Shown piece by piece: positions 37,101 through 45,411 of a DNA stretch of 64,000 nt. Positions within the stretch are counted from its first letter, which is position 1. Each line of letters begins with the position of its first letter. The notes beneath the pieces are model-generated. The model did not search any database and was not told the origin of the DNA. It saw only the letters and a program-made list of their open reading frames with translations. This stretch comes from Thermoplasmata archaeon (lineage in GTDB: Archaea; Thermoplasmatota; Thermoplasmata; Lutacidiplasmatales; UBA184). The position numbers and the translations under genes were made by a program. Location of the stretch: the NCBI GenBank assembly GCA_021806135.1, contig JAJZYB010000006.1:7735-71734 (forward strand). Reading direction: 5' to 3'.

Positions 37101-40100
37101 CCAGGCCTACCAGACGGACCCGGCCCCGGTGCCGGTGAGCTTCTCGCTGCCGTCGAGCACGGTGAGCGGACAGGTCTACTTCAACGAGGCCCGCACGAAC
37201 GCCTTCGCCTCGAACGACACGATCCTTCCGCTCGCCCCGGTCCTCCTGGCGAGCACCACCGGCGGGCTCACCTACCGGGGGACGACCGATGCGAGCGGAT
37301 TCTTCCAGTTCGGCGATGTGGCGCCGGGAAGCTACGCGCTCCAGGTGAAGGTGGGCTCCACCCTGGTGAACTACACCACCGTCGACGTGAGCCGGGGGGG
37401 CCCCATCACCGAGAGCGTCGGTCTCGCCCCCGGCCGGGTCATCGGACAGGTGGTCTCTCGCACCGGCCTGCCCGTCGGCTCCGCCACGGTGAGCCTCGTC
37501 TCTGTGACGAATGGCTCGGTCCGTTCGTTCGTGACGAACGGGACGGGCAACTTCTCCTTCACTCCGTTGGCGCCCGGGAACTACTCCCTCCGGGCCAGCG
37601 TCCCCGGGGGTCTCTCCTCGACGCCGTTGAGGCTCTCCGTGACCAAACTGGGGACCAACCTCACGGAGACCCTCACCGTGGAGGTGCCGGTGACCGTGAC
37701 CCTCTCGGTCGACTACCACGGCTTCCCCCTGCCCAACGTGCCGGTCCGCTTCACCCCCCTGGGGACGGTGAGCAATTCCACCAGCACCGCCAACCAGTCC
37801 TACCTCTTCTTCTCCAACGGCGGCGGGACGATCACCGCCCAGGTCCCCGAGGGGAACTGGTCGGTCTACGCGCTAGCGGCCGTGAACGGGACCTACGTGG
37901 CCGGCATGGGGAACCTCCTGCTGACGGCAGGGCCGGCTTCCGGCTACGCTGGGACCCTGTCCCTCCTCCCCGCGGGTCTGCTCTCCGGCTCCACCTATAT
38001 TGCGGGTACGCCGGCTCCCGAGGGAGGGGTCACCCTCCTCATCCAGAGCGCGCAGGGAGCTGTCCTCCCCGCCTACTCGAACGCCTCCGGCCGCTACCAG
38101 CTCTATCTTCCGGTGGGCAGCTACACGTTCCTCGCAAGCTATCCGGGCACGAGCCCCCTGTCCAAGGTGGCCCTGGGGGGAGTGACCCTTGGTACCTCCC
38201 CGCTCACCCTCAACCTGGACCTGGGGAGCGGGTTCTCCTTCGTCCCCCAGGTGGGCTACCTCAACGCCACCGGTGCCTTCTCTCCCCTTCCGGGGGCCCG
38301 GGTGAACCTCACGGCCCAACCGGGCTCCACCCTCCAGCTCCTCACGGGAGGGGCGGGGAACCTGACCGTCCGGCTACCCCTGGGGAACGTCACCTACTCG
38401 GTCAGCGTCAGCGCACCGGGCTTCCTGTCCTACGCGCGGACGGACCTCACTCCCTCCACCCTCAGCGGGATCAGCCGGGTGACCCTCACCCCGGCCCCGG
38501 TGCCGGTGGCGATCTACGGGCCCGGGCTGCCGGCGGGTTCGAGCCTTCCGCAGTTCAACGTGACCTATCTCCTAAGCGGAGCGACCGTCGATGCGCGGGG
38601 GAACCCGGCAAACTTCTCGCTGGCCCCGGGGAGCTACGTCATCAACGGGTACGCGACCGGCCCGGGCTCCAACCGGACGGTCTACCGGCCCCTGGCCGCT
38701 GTGCCGTTGACCGTGCCGCTGGGCTCCCCGGGGATCACCGTGACGGCCTACCTCTACCCCCAGCGGACGTACGTGGGCAACCTCACGGGCACCTCGCTCG
38801 GCAACGGAACGCTCAACCGGGCCTCCGTGAAGGTCTATGGCCAGCCTGGGAACCTCACCTTCAGTGGGGTGCAGTTCCGGACGAGCTTCCTTGCCCCACC
38901 GGGGAACTATACCATCTGGGCCACCACCCAGGGGCTGTCCGGTTCGTACGCCTTCTTCGGGAACGTGACACTCCTGTCGAACGGCACCCTCTCCCCACGC
39001 CAGCTCAACCTCTCCCGGGCCGGGAGCCTGACGGCGAGACTCCAGACGCTGGGGGGAGTCGCCGTGAACCGGAGCCTTTCGGTCACGGTCCAGGACCTCT
39101 CGGGGGGCTCGGTGGACCTCCGCACTACGGGTAGCGGAGGCCTCGACCTGGTCCTGCCGGCGGGAACCTATCGCTTCCGGGTGAATGCCACCGCTGCGTG
39201 GGCCCCTTCCGGCCCGGCACGGAACTTCACGTTCCAGACGGTGGGGAACGTCACCTGCACGGTGGTGGTCGGGGGCCAGAACTCCAATTGCACGGTCCCG
39301 GTCTCCGCCTCGCTTGCCACCACCACGGTGGACCTGGGATTCCGCGTGGGATCGGCGACACCAGCGGGCTACGGCACCCTCTGGGTCTCCCCCCTGGGCC
39401 AGAACGCTTCGGCCCCCCGGCGCTACTCCGTCGCCAGCACGGGGGTCGCCCTCTCCCTGATCCCGGGAACGTATCGCCTCTACGGTGTCCTGGACGCCTC
39501 CGGGGTGCCCTTGGCGGGGTTCGGGAACCTCACCGTTCCCTACTCCCCGGTGCCCGTGGCCTCCACGCTCTCCTTGGGTCCGGGCTGGACGCAGGTGATC
39601 TCGATCTCCTCTCCGTCGGGCCTGCCGACTCCCTCCGGGGTGAACGTCACCCTCACGGGAGCGGGTACGGCCGGAGGGCTGGCCCTGGGGAAGTACCCCT
39701 GGGGCACCCCGGTGACCCTGGTCCTCCCCTCCGGCTCGTTCTCGGTGAGCCTTACCGCGGTGGTGGCCCCCTACGGCCCGGCCGTGAACCTCACCCGGAC
39801 GTTGAGCCTGACGGTGGCGAGCTCCAACGGGGCCGAGTCCACGTCGCTCTCCCCCGACTACTTCCCCTCCGCGAGCCTCACGTCGTTGGGCCCGACGAGC
39901 CTCACCGCGCTCACCGGGAACGCGTTGAGCGTTCCCCTGGTGGTCCGGAACACGGGTAACCAGGTGCTGAACCTGACCATGAACGGGACTCCATCGAACT
40001 GGGCGATCCGCTTCTCCCCGGGCAACTTCACGCTGGTCCCGGGTGGCACCCAGGCCGTGGAGGCAGAGGTCTTAGTGCCCGCCAATGCGCTCTCCACCCA

Positions 40101-40716
40101 TGCACCGGTGATCCTCTCCCTCTACTCCCGCCCGCTGACGAACGCATCCCTGGCCCAGTACACGGTGCCGTTGACCCTGATCCCGGTCTACGCGGTGGTG
40201 GGGGGGGAGGAGCCGGCCTCGGTCACCGTCTCCTCCACCAGCGTCTACCTCCCGTTCTACGTGGGAGGGGCGGGGAACACCCCGAGCACGGTCAGCATCG
40301 CGGTGGCGAACGGGGCGGTCCTTTACCAGGACGGATGGAACTACCAGATCACCACCAGCTCCGGCGGGACCTTGCCCGGCGCGTTCACCGTGACGCCGGG
40401 CGCTTCTCCGCAGCAGGCCCAGTTCCGACTGCTGGCCAGGACCTCCGCTCCCATCCTGCCCGGCGCGGTGCTGCTCTACGTGCAGGACCTCACGTTCCCG
40501 GGAGCCAGTATCACCCTGCGTCTCCAGCTCCCCTCGGCCACTCCCCTGGCGTTGAACAACAGTCTCGCCGTGACGGGGCCCTCCGTGGGCGGTCAGCCGC
40601 CGGCCGCGTACCTGCCCGTGGCCTACGCTCTGATCTCGGTGGCCCCGGCGATCGCCATCGTGGCCCTGGCCCTGGTCTACCGTTGGCGCAAGCACCGGAG
40701 GTGGGTGCGTCGATGA
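34141..40716 (+). CDS. aglB: Archaeal oligosaccharyltransferase AglB (STT3 homologue) with ~1300-aa C-terminal extension of tandem CarboxypepD_reg/Ig-like domains and terminal TM anchor
   Basis: ~13 TM N-terminal domain with DSFYHAR (D-x-x-Y-x-x-R loop motif) and the catalytic WWDYG motif (FISWWDYGFQALD). Then >=8 repeats of the G.V....G.P..GA.V.L........TT...G.Y.L....G.Y pattern. Ends in VAPAIAIVALALVYRWRKHRRWVRR. Confidence 0.8.
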   Translation: MVDSIDGSGGWWRRHGLVVFLLALAASISLILRVLYSYQLISTCDVYYCFAGGSDSFYHARVMQYIITYHTNLIHDAALNYPLGYTNPREPLFDWMNAIFGILLAPFFGGNAVQAGMWVLEMQPAIWAALGVFPVYLLGKEVSSRRMGVVAALLFPLIVGNMESTVATYANYLSFYAFFVVLSLALFIHTAKLAGTRRWVESYRSPRAVWAGLKAFARTEEMSVRWAVLTGVTLGATMLAWQGYTYVVAVVVIFLAVVLVVERIRGLDSFGLYVVTLIVGTVGFLMAMPYYYIQGDFGYWFTVPLFLWFGGLLVLLPFLFLRNAPWVVSVPALFLSVLAAAGGLYLYNPAYFSAVLTGQGYFIKSLIYSTVAEAQAPSFDALIVSYGVLTFFLAFAGLALFLYYLYAHRFRREHVFMVIFSLLGIYLPVSAAKFFLLGSPVFALLPAEVVLVGIDRLGLPQMRRNFASLGGRGNRWLALRRSVKLRHVAVGLILIALLLPNVWYATDAAIPYNVKAQYNQQVYNSLPPGLRASPANATSAYFGAAGIQVDTPTQYDESGYNWLAQQDTNILPISSRPAFISWWDYGFQALDQGQHPTVADNFQDGIDPSGNFLLAQNESAAIGVMAADLLYAEAQTSGKPYLPAALNAQLANDNVNLTLLHAYLANQTADVRIVLGNPNLYGPFNPATISPLSAMYNVVSIFLASSLSENQVVKVYQDVQAYTGWSIRYAMSNSLLFPSSGSNTGIFYAPADLTGRVISSGGIPTGFFQVTVLGTDGNTYILGQQPPGVGVASYNISYAPSFFNSMIYRFFAGYNGTDIGAGAGIPGLSSSLSNYQPEPGWMMQHFMVGYRTAYWCPYKDYQAHPNCFVAVNYQQALAYQTAGIGTVDLSPTSYYSNGETIMEYYPGATVVGSVRLADGKPAPGLRVTVLDQYGTPHMTVTTNALGGYSLIAPPGPVSVVVSYGALDPLTQEGAYVVAEQNLTITQAQAYQTDPAPVPVSFSLPSSTVSGQVYFNEARTNAFASNDTILPLAPVLLASTTGGLTYRGTTDASGFFQFGDVAPGSYALQVKVGSTLVNYTTVDVSRGGPITESVGLAPGRVIGQVVSRTGLPVGSATVSLVSVTNGSVRSFVTNGTGNFSFTPLAPGNYSLRASVPGGLSSTPLRLSVTKLGTNLTETLTVEVPVTVTLSVDYHGFPLPNVPVRFTPLGTVSNSTSTANQSYLFFSNGGGTITAQVPEGNWSVYALAAVNGTYVAGMGNLLLTAGPASGYAGTLSLLPAGLLSGSTYIAGTPAPEGGVTLLIQSAQGAVLPAYSNASGRYQLYLPVGSYTFLASYPGTSPLSKVALGGVTLGTSPLTLNLDLGSGFSFVPQVGYLNATGAFSPLPGARVNLTAQPGSTLQLLTGGAGNLTVRLPLGNVTYSVSVSAPGFLSYARTDLTPSTLSGISRVTLTPAPVPVAIYGPGLPAGSSLPQFNVTYLLSGATVDARGNPANFSLAPGSYVINGYATGPGSNRTVYRPLAAVPLTVPLGSPGITVTAYLYPQRTYVGNLTGTSLGNGTLNRASVKVYGQPGNLTFSGVQFRTSFLAPPGNYTIWATTQGLSGSYAFFGNVTLLSNGTLSPRQLNLSRAGSLTARLQTLGGVAVNRSLSVTVQDLSGGSVDLRTTGSGGLDLVLPAGTYRFRVNATAAWAPSGPARNFTFQTVGNVTCTVVVGGQNSNCTVPVSASLATTTVDLGFRVGSATPAGYGTLWVSPLGQNASAPRRYSVASTGVALSLIPGTYRLYGVLDASGVPLAGFGNLTVPYSPVPVASTLSLGPGWTQVISISSPSGLPTPSGVNVTLTGAGTAGGLALGKYPWGTPVTLVLPSGSFSVSLTAVVAPYGPAVNLTRTLSLTVASSNGAESTSLSPDYFPSASLTSLGPTSLTALTGNALSVPLVVRNTGNQVLNLTMNGTPSNWAIRFSPGNFTLVPGGTQAVEAEVLVPANALSTHAPVILSLYSRPLTNASLAQYTVPLTLIPVYAVVGGEEPASVTVSSTSVYLPFYVGGAGNTPSTVSIAVANGAVLYQDGWNYQITTSSGGTLPGAFTVTPGASPQQAQFRLLARTSAPILPGAVLLYVQDLTFPGASITLRLQLPSATPLALNNSLAVTGPSVGGQPPAAYLPVAYALISVAPAIAIVALALVYRWRKHRRWVRR

Positions 40717-41555
40717 GCTGGCGTCCCGCGCCCGCCCGGGCCCTTCTCGTGCTCAGTGTGCTGCTCTTCGCCGGTCTGGTCCCGGTCGGGCTCGGGGCGG
40801 CCGCCCCCCCCTCTCCGGGGTCCGCTCCGGTCTCCGGGGCGTCGAACCCGCTCACCGCCCATCTGACCGGTCCGTCGGTGCTCGCGCTCAAGGGGACGGG
40901 GGCATTCTACATGGTGGCCTTCAACGGCACCGCCGTGAACACCTCCGGCCTGGTGGGGAACTATACGTTCACCACCCAGCTGCTCGGGCCGAACACCACG
41001 GGAGCCTTCGTCCAACCCCCGTCAGGGGCCTTCGCCACGAACAACCAGACCTTCACGGTCGGGTCCATCAGTTCCACCGGCACCTACACCCTGGCCGTCT
41101 CCCTGACCTCCCACGGCCCGTCGGGGAACGAGACGGCGAACTTCACCAAGACCTTCCAGGTGGTGACCCCTTACCTCCTCACCGCCACGGTGTACAACCC
41201 GGGCAACCGGACCGTGACGGGGGCTTCGGTGGAGGTCCTCCTGGACGGGAACTTCCTGGGCAGCGCCGGGCTCACGTCGCTCGCCCCCCTCACCCACGCC
41301 ACCTTCACCTACAACTACACCACCCTCGGTCTCTCTCCCGGCGAACACACCTTCACCCTGGTGATCCAGTCCGTGCCCGGGCTCCTGGTCTTCTCCGGAG
41401 GGAGCCATTCGGTGAGCGTCAGCTTCTACGTGCAGGCGCCCGCCGCCAACTATACCCTGGACTGGGAGGCGGGGATCGTCCTCGCGCTGCTGGCCATCTT
41501 TATATCGGTCATGATCGTGGTGCCCCGCCGCTCCCGCTCCCGGAAGAATCCATGA
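40713..41555 (+). CDS. Secreted, tail-anchored surface glycoprotein (hypothetical), translationally coupled to aglB
   Basis: Signal peptide, ~10 sequons in 280 aa, C-terminal TM + RRSRSRKNP; ATG overlaps aglB stop. Confidence 0.55.
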   Translation: MSWRPAPARALLVLSVLLFAGLVPVGLGAAAPPSPGSAPVSGASNPLTAHLTGPSVLALKGTGAFYMVAFNGTAVNTSGLVGNYTFTTQLLGPNTTGAFVQPPSGAFATNNQTFTVGSISSTGTYTLAVSLTSHGPSGNETANFTKTFQVVTPYLLTATVYNPGNRTVTGASVEVLLDGNFLGSAGLTSLAPLTHATFTYNYTTLGLSPGEHTFTLVIQSVPGLLVFSGGSHSVSVSFYVQAPAANYTLDWEAGIVLALLAIFISVMIVVPRRSRSRKNP

Positions 41556-41761
41556 GCACCCCGCAGCCTTCTGCCGCCTCCAGCGCCTCCCCGTCCGGGG
41601 CGACCCTCCACACCTGCATCTCCTGTGGAAGGAGCCTGCGGGCCAAGGGCTCGGTGGAGTTCGCCTGCCCGGACTGCGGGGAACCGTTGGGCCGTTGCCA
41701 GCAGTGCCGGGACCAGAGCGTGACCTACCGCTGCCCCCAATGTAGGTTCCTCGGTCCTTAA
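41552..41761 (+). CDS. Small four-CxxC zinc-ribbon protein (HVO_2753/COG2888-like, translation-associated Zn-ribbon family)
   Basis: 69 aa with CISCGRS, CPDCGE, CQQCRD, CPQCRF; located immediately upstream of aEF-1beta as in many archaea; start overlaps upstream stop. Confidence 0.6.
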   Translation: MSTPQPSAASSASPSGATLHTCISCGRSLRAKGSVEFACPDCGEPLGRCQQCRDQSVTYRCPQCRFLGP

Positions 41762-41770
41762 GGGGCGGTC

Positions 41771-42037
41771 ATGGGAACGGTCTCCGTGCTCTACCGGGTC
41801 ATGCCCCAGGACGTGCAGGTGGACATGCGCGCTCTGGCGGAAGGGGCCAAGGCGGCGTTGCCACCGCAGGTCAAGCTACGGGGCCTCCAGGTCCGGGACG
41901 TGGCCTACGGTCTGAAGGAACTGCTCGTCGCCGTCCAGATGGACGATGCCGGGGGTATCCTGGAGCAGGTGGAAAGGGCCCTGGCCGCTGTCCCCCACGC
42001 CGAGAGCGTGGAGGTCCTGGAGAGCTCCCTGCTCTAG
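41771..42037 (+). CDS. ef1b: Translation elongation factor 1-beta (aEF-1beta)
   Basis: 88 aa; VLYRVMPQDVQVDMRALAEGAKAALP...GLKELLVAVQMDD matches aEF-1beta. Confidence 0.8.
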   Translation: MGTVSVLYRVMPQDVQVDMRALAEGAKAALPPQVKLRGLQVRDVAYGLKELLVAVQMDDAGGILEQVERALAAVPHAESVEVLESSLL

Positions 42038-42090
42038 CCCCCGGATGGGGTCGCCAGGGCGGAGCGGAACGAGCGGTCCCGGAGCGGTTC

Positions 42091-43065
42091 ATGGACCTGT
42101 TCACCCACGTCCTGGTGGCCTACCTGGTCTCCTTCATCGCCTTCGGGCCACAGGCGCCCCTCTACATCGCGGCGGGGGCCCTCGCCGGCGGCCTGCCGGA
42201 CGCGGACATCTTGTTCTTCCCGCTCGCCCGGCGCTATCCACTGCTCGGCCACCACGGGATCACCCACTCCCTGGTCGGAGTGACCGTCATCGCGGCCGGG
42301 GGTGCGATCTTCGCCCCCCTGCTGGCCGGCGGGATCTGGTGGATGTTCTTCCTCGCCATGGAGCTCGGGGGGATCAGCCACATCCTCCTGGACGGTTTCA
42401 CGAACTTCGCCGTCCCCCCTTTCGCGCCCTTCTCCGACCGGCAGGTCCACCTGGACGCCGACCGGGCGGTGAACTTCGCCACGCTCGCGATGACCGCGGT
42501 CTCCTTCACGGTCCTCTTGACGGAGCGGAACCGGACCCCGCCGGAGATCTGGGTGGTCACCGCGTGGGTCCTGGCCGGGATCTACGCGCTCTATCTGACC
42601 GTGCGGGGACTCGGGCGGCTCCGGGTGGAGGGGATCCGCAAGCGCGAGGGCTACACGGGGGTCATCCCCAGCGGGAACCCCCTGCGATGGACCCTCATCG
42701 ACGAGCAGGTCCGACCGGAGGGCACCGCGGTGCGCTTCCGCCGTTACACGCTCGGACGGGGTTTCACGGGGCCGGCGCATGAGCTCGAGGTCCACCCGGC
42801 CATGACCGCTTCCGGACCGGTCGTGGGGGGCCAGGAGGCGATGGACCGCTCGTACCCGGCCGCCATGTCCCGGAGCCGGTTCCTCTCCCGGTCCTACTTC
42901 TTCGCCGAGGTGACGCCCGCGCCGGGGGCCTTCGAGGTCTTCTGGTACTCCCTGGAGTTCGAGTCCCTGGGCCGGACGGCGGGGGTGCTCGCCCGGGTCG
43001 ACGCCGCGAGCGGCAGCGTGGAGACCCGGACGGTCTGGCGCCGTCCCCCCGGCGGAGGCCGGTAA
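42091..43065 (+). CDS. Membrane-bound metal-dependent hydrolase (DUF457/YdjM family)
   Basis: N-terminal HVLVAYLV..., HHGITHSL, HILLDGFT motifs and multiple TM segments. Confidence 0.55.
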   Translation: MDLFTHVLVAYLVSFIAFGPQAPLYIAAGALAGGLPDADILFFPLARRYPLLGHHGITHSLVGVTVIAAGGAIFAPLLAGGIWWMFFLAMELGGISHILLDGFTNFAVPPFAPFSDRQVHLDADRAVNFATLAMTAVSFTVLLTERNRTPPEIWVVTAWVLAGIYALYLTVRGLGRLRVEGIRKREGYTGVIPSGNPLRWTLIDEQVRPEGTAVRFRRYTLGRGFTGPAHELEVHPAMTASGPVVGGQEAMDRSYPAAMSRSRFLSRSYFFAEVTPAPGAFEVFWYSLEFESLGRTAGVLARVDAASGSVETRTVWRRPPGGGR

Positions 43066-43066
43066 T

Positions 43067-43075
43067 CTTTTATGG
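43067..43075 (+). promoter_or_regulatory. TATA-like box (CTTTTATGG) ~27 nt upstream of tRNA-His; the T-tract may also terminate the upstream gene
   Basis: AT-rich element directly after the stop at 43065 and at the canonical archaeal distance from the tRNA 5' end. Confidence 0.45.
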
Positions 43076-43097
43076 CCCTTCCCTCTCGCGCGCCCGC

Positions 43098-43204
43098 GGC
43101 CGGGATGGGGTAGTTTGGTTATCCTGGGGGACTGTGGATCCCTCGACCCGGGTTCAAAGGGAGCGGGGGACCACCCCCCGCTCCGGAGAATCTCGGTCCC
43201 GGCC
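43098..43204 (+). tRNA. tRNA-His (anticodon GUG) with encoded G-1 and a ~32-nt intron in the T-loop (between positions ~59/60)
   Basis: Hand fold: G-1, acceptor GCCGGGA/TCCCGGC, discriminator C73. D-arm GGGT-AGTTTGGTTA-TCCT. Anticodon stem GGGGA/TCCCT with loop CTGTGGA (U33, G34U35G36, G37). Variable CGAC. T-stem CCGGG/CTCGG with loop TTCAAA|T, which is restored only after removing GGGAGCGGGGGACCACCCCCCGCTCCGGAGAA (43159..43190), itself a perfect hairpin. Confidence 0.6.
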
Positions 43205-43244
43205 CTCCGGGTCTCTCCTTCGCGGACGCCCGGGTCCCCGGGGT

Positions 43245-44030
43245 TCACGACGACCGGGGGCTCCCGGCCCCGGGGCGGCCGGGGTGCGCGGGGCGCTTGG
43301 GGTGGCCTCTTCCCGCCCCCACTTTGCCGGGAGGGGACGTCGGGGGGCTGGGGGTGCCCAGGATCCCGGGAAGGGCCTCGGGAAGCCCGTCTAAGGCATA
43401 GTCCGCCCACTTGGCCCCCCAGCGCTTCATGTCGGCCGGGGTGATCGACCAACCCGGCAGATGGCATGCCCGGCCCACCGGGACGACCCCGGGTACGGTC
43501 TGCGCGACCTCCATGTCGAACCGGGAGTCCCCCACAAGGACCATGGGCAGGTCCGGCCATCGGGCGCGGTAGGTCCGCAGATGGACATCCTTCGTCCCCT
43601 GGCCGGCCCCCTGGACCTCCTCGAAGAAGAACCCGAGCCCCTCGCGTTCCAGGAGGAGCTCCGCCATCTCCCTCTCACCGCCGGTGGAGACGACCTGGAC
43701 GTACCCCTGGCGGTCGAGGGCCTTGAGAAGCCGGGGGACCTCAGGGAAGAAGGTGGCGTGGGCATAGGCGCCCTTCACCTTGGCCTCGTGGAACTTCCGG
43801 GTGGCGGCCAGCTGTTCGAAGGGGGTGGCCTCCGGGTAGAGCTCCTTGACCTGAAGCTCGAAGGGCTTCCCCGTGGTCCGCAGGTAGTCCACCTCGGCCT
43901 TGGGCCGGGGGGTCCCGAACGCCTCGTTCAGCACCTGGCCGGCGGTGACCGAGACCTGGCGCATATCGTCCAGCAGGGTGCCGTCGAGGTCGAAGACGAT
44001 CACGGCCGGGGCCCGGCGCGCATCAGGCAC
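43245..44030 (-). CDS. HAD-superfamily hydrolase (phosphatase)
   Basis: VIVFDLDGTLLD (motif I), STGG (motif II region), VGDSRFD (motif IV); C-terminal tail of ORF probably over-extended. Confidence 0.6.
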   Translation of the reverse strand: MPDARRAPAVIVFDLDGTLLDDMRQVSVTAGQVLNEAFGTPRPKAEVDYLRTTGKPFELQVKELYPEATPFEQLAATRKFHEAKVKGAYAHATFFPEVPRLLKALDRQGYVQVVSTGGEREMAELLLEREGLGFFFEEVQGAGQGTKDVHLRTYRARWPDLPMVLVGDSRFDMEVAQTVPGVVPVGRACHLPGWSITPADMKRWGAKWADYALDGLPEALPGILGTPSPPTSPPGKVGAGRGHPKRPAHPGRPGAGSPRSS

Positions 44031-44100
44031 GGGCCGTCATGGGGCCGGGTCGGGATAACGGTTTAAGGCGGGCCCCGGGAAGGGGTCGGGGGCCGAGCCG

Positions 44101-44109
44101 CTTAATTAG
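44101..44109 (+). promoter_or_regulatory. TATA-like box (CTTAATTAG) ~26 nt upstream of coaBC ATG (leaderless transcript likely)
   Basis: Sole AT-rich element in intergenic region. Confidence 0.4.
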
Positions 44110-44130
44110 CGGGCCTCCCGTAGGCGGACC

Positions 44131-45411
44131 ATGCATCCGAGCGAGGCCATCCGGGGCCGCCGCTCCACCCTTCTGGAGGGACGGCGCATCGTGGTGGGCG
44201 TCTCCGGGTCCATCGCGGCGGTGGAGGTCCCCCGCCTGCTGAGGGAGCTGCTCCGGCACGGCGCCACGGTGGACTGCGTGCTGAGCCCGGAAGCGCTCAG
44301 GCTCGTGAGCCGGGAGGCGGTGCACTTCGCGCTGGGCCATCCACCGGTGACGGAGCTCACCGGAGCGGTGGAGCACATCCGCCTCTTGGGCCCCGGACCG
44401 GGCCAGGCCGACCTCCTGCTGCTCGCGCCCGCCACTGCGAACACCCTGGGGAAGATCGCCCACGGCATCGACGACACGCCGGTCACCACCTGCGCGGCGG
44501 TGGCCCTGGGGAACGGCCTGCCCGTCCTGGTGGCCCCGGCCATGCACCGGGACATGGGAAGGAATCCCTTCGTTGAGGAGAATATCCATAGGCTCCAGGC
44601 GCAGGGGGTCTCGTTCATCCCCCCCGTCCGGGAGGAAGGGGAGGAGAAGATCCCCGCACCGGAAGTGGTGGCCGCCCATGTGCTCCACCGGATGGCCCGG
44701 GGTCCCTGGGCGGGCCGGTCCGTGGTCGTGGTGGGCGGGGCCTCCGTGGCTCCCGTGGACTCGGTGCGGTACCTGGGGAACGCCAGTTCCGGTCGGATGG
44801 CCCTGGAGCTCTCCACCCAGGCCTTCTTCCGGGGGGCCAGCGTGGCGACCTGGCTGGGCGACGCGAAGGTCCCCATACCCTCCTTCCTTCCCACCGTCCG
44901 CCGCTTCCGGACCCTCACGGACCTGCGGGAGCTGGTGACCACCTACGCCGAGGAGCTCCGGTCGGCTTCGGCCGTCTTCGTCCCCGCCGCGCTATCGGAC
45001 TACGCGGCGGAGGCCCAGCCCGGGAAGATCTCCTCGGAGGAGACCCCCTCCCTCACCTTGAGGCTCCACCGGGAGGAGAAGCTCCTGCCCCGGCTGCGGT
45101 CGGCCGCCCCGCCACCGACGCTCTTGGTGGGGTTCAAGCTCGAACCGGGCAGCCGCGCGGAGCCCCTGACGACCCGGGCCCGGGGCGCGCTGGAGCGGTA
45201 CGGGCTCGACGCGGTGGTGGCGAACGGGCTGGAGGCCGTGGGAGGGGAGGAAACGGTGGTCACGCTGGTCCGGGCGGAGGGCAGGCCCCACCGCTATCAG
45301 GGAACGAAAGGGCTCGTGGCGGGGAAGCTCCTGGACGACCTCGCCGGGGACCTGCTTCCGCCGGTCAGTGGGGGAGCCCCAGGACGATCCCCAGGATCCC
45401 GTTCACGATGA
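44131..45411 (+). CDS. coaBC: Bifunctional phosphopantothenoylcysteine decarboxylase/phosphopantothenate--cysteine ligase
   Basis: N-terminal flavoprotein domain (RIVVGVSGSIAA) and C-terminal DFP/CoaB domain (VGGASVAPVDSVRYLGNASSGRMA). Confidence 0.8.
   Translation: MHPSEAIRGRRSTLLEGRRIVVGVSGSIAAVEVPRLLRELLRHGATVDCVLSPEALRLVSREAVHFALGHPPVTELTGAVEHIRLLGPGPGQADLLLLAPATANTLGKIAHGIDDTPVTTCAAVALGNGLPVLVAPAMHRDMGRNPFVEENIHRLQAQGVSFIPPVREEGEEKIPAPEVVAAHVLHRMARGPWAGRSVVVVGGASVAPVDSVRYLGNASSGRMALELSTQAFFRGASVATWLGDAKVPIPSFLPTVRRFRTLTDLRELVTTYAEELRSASAVFVPAALSDYAAEAQPGKISSEETPSLTLRLHREEKLLPRLRSAAPPPTLLVGFKLEPGSRAEPLTTRARGALERYGLDAVVANGLEAVGGEETVVTLVRAEGRPHRYQGTKGLVAGKLLDDLAGDLLPPVSGGAPGRSPGSRSR

Noticed and set aside
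36705-39134. 809-aa + strand ORF inside aglB in another frame
   Set aside because: Low-complexity Arg/Gly/Pro-rich product; the aglB frame is supported by STT3 motifs and regular domain repeats
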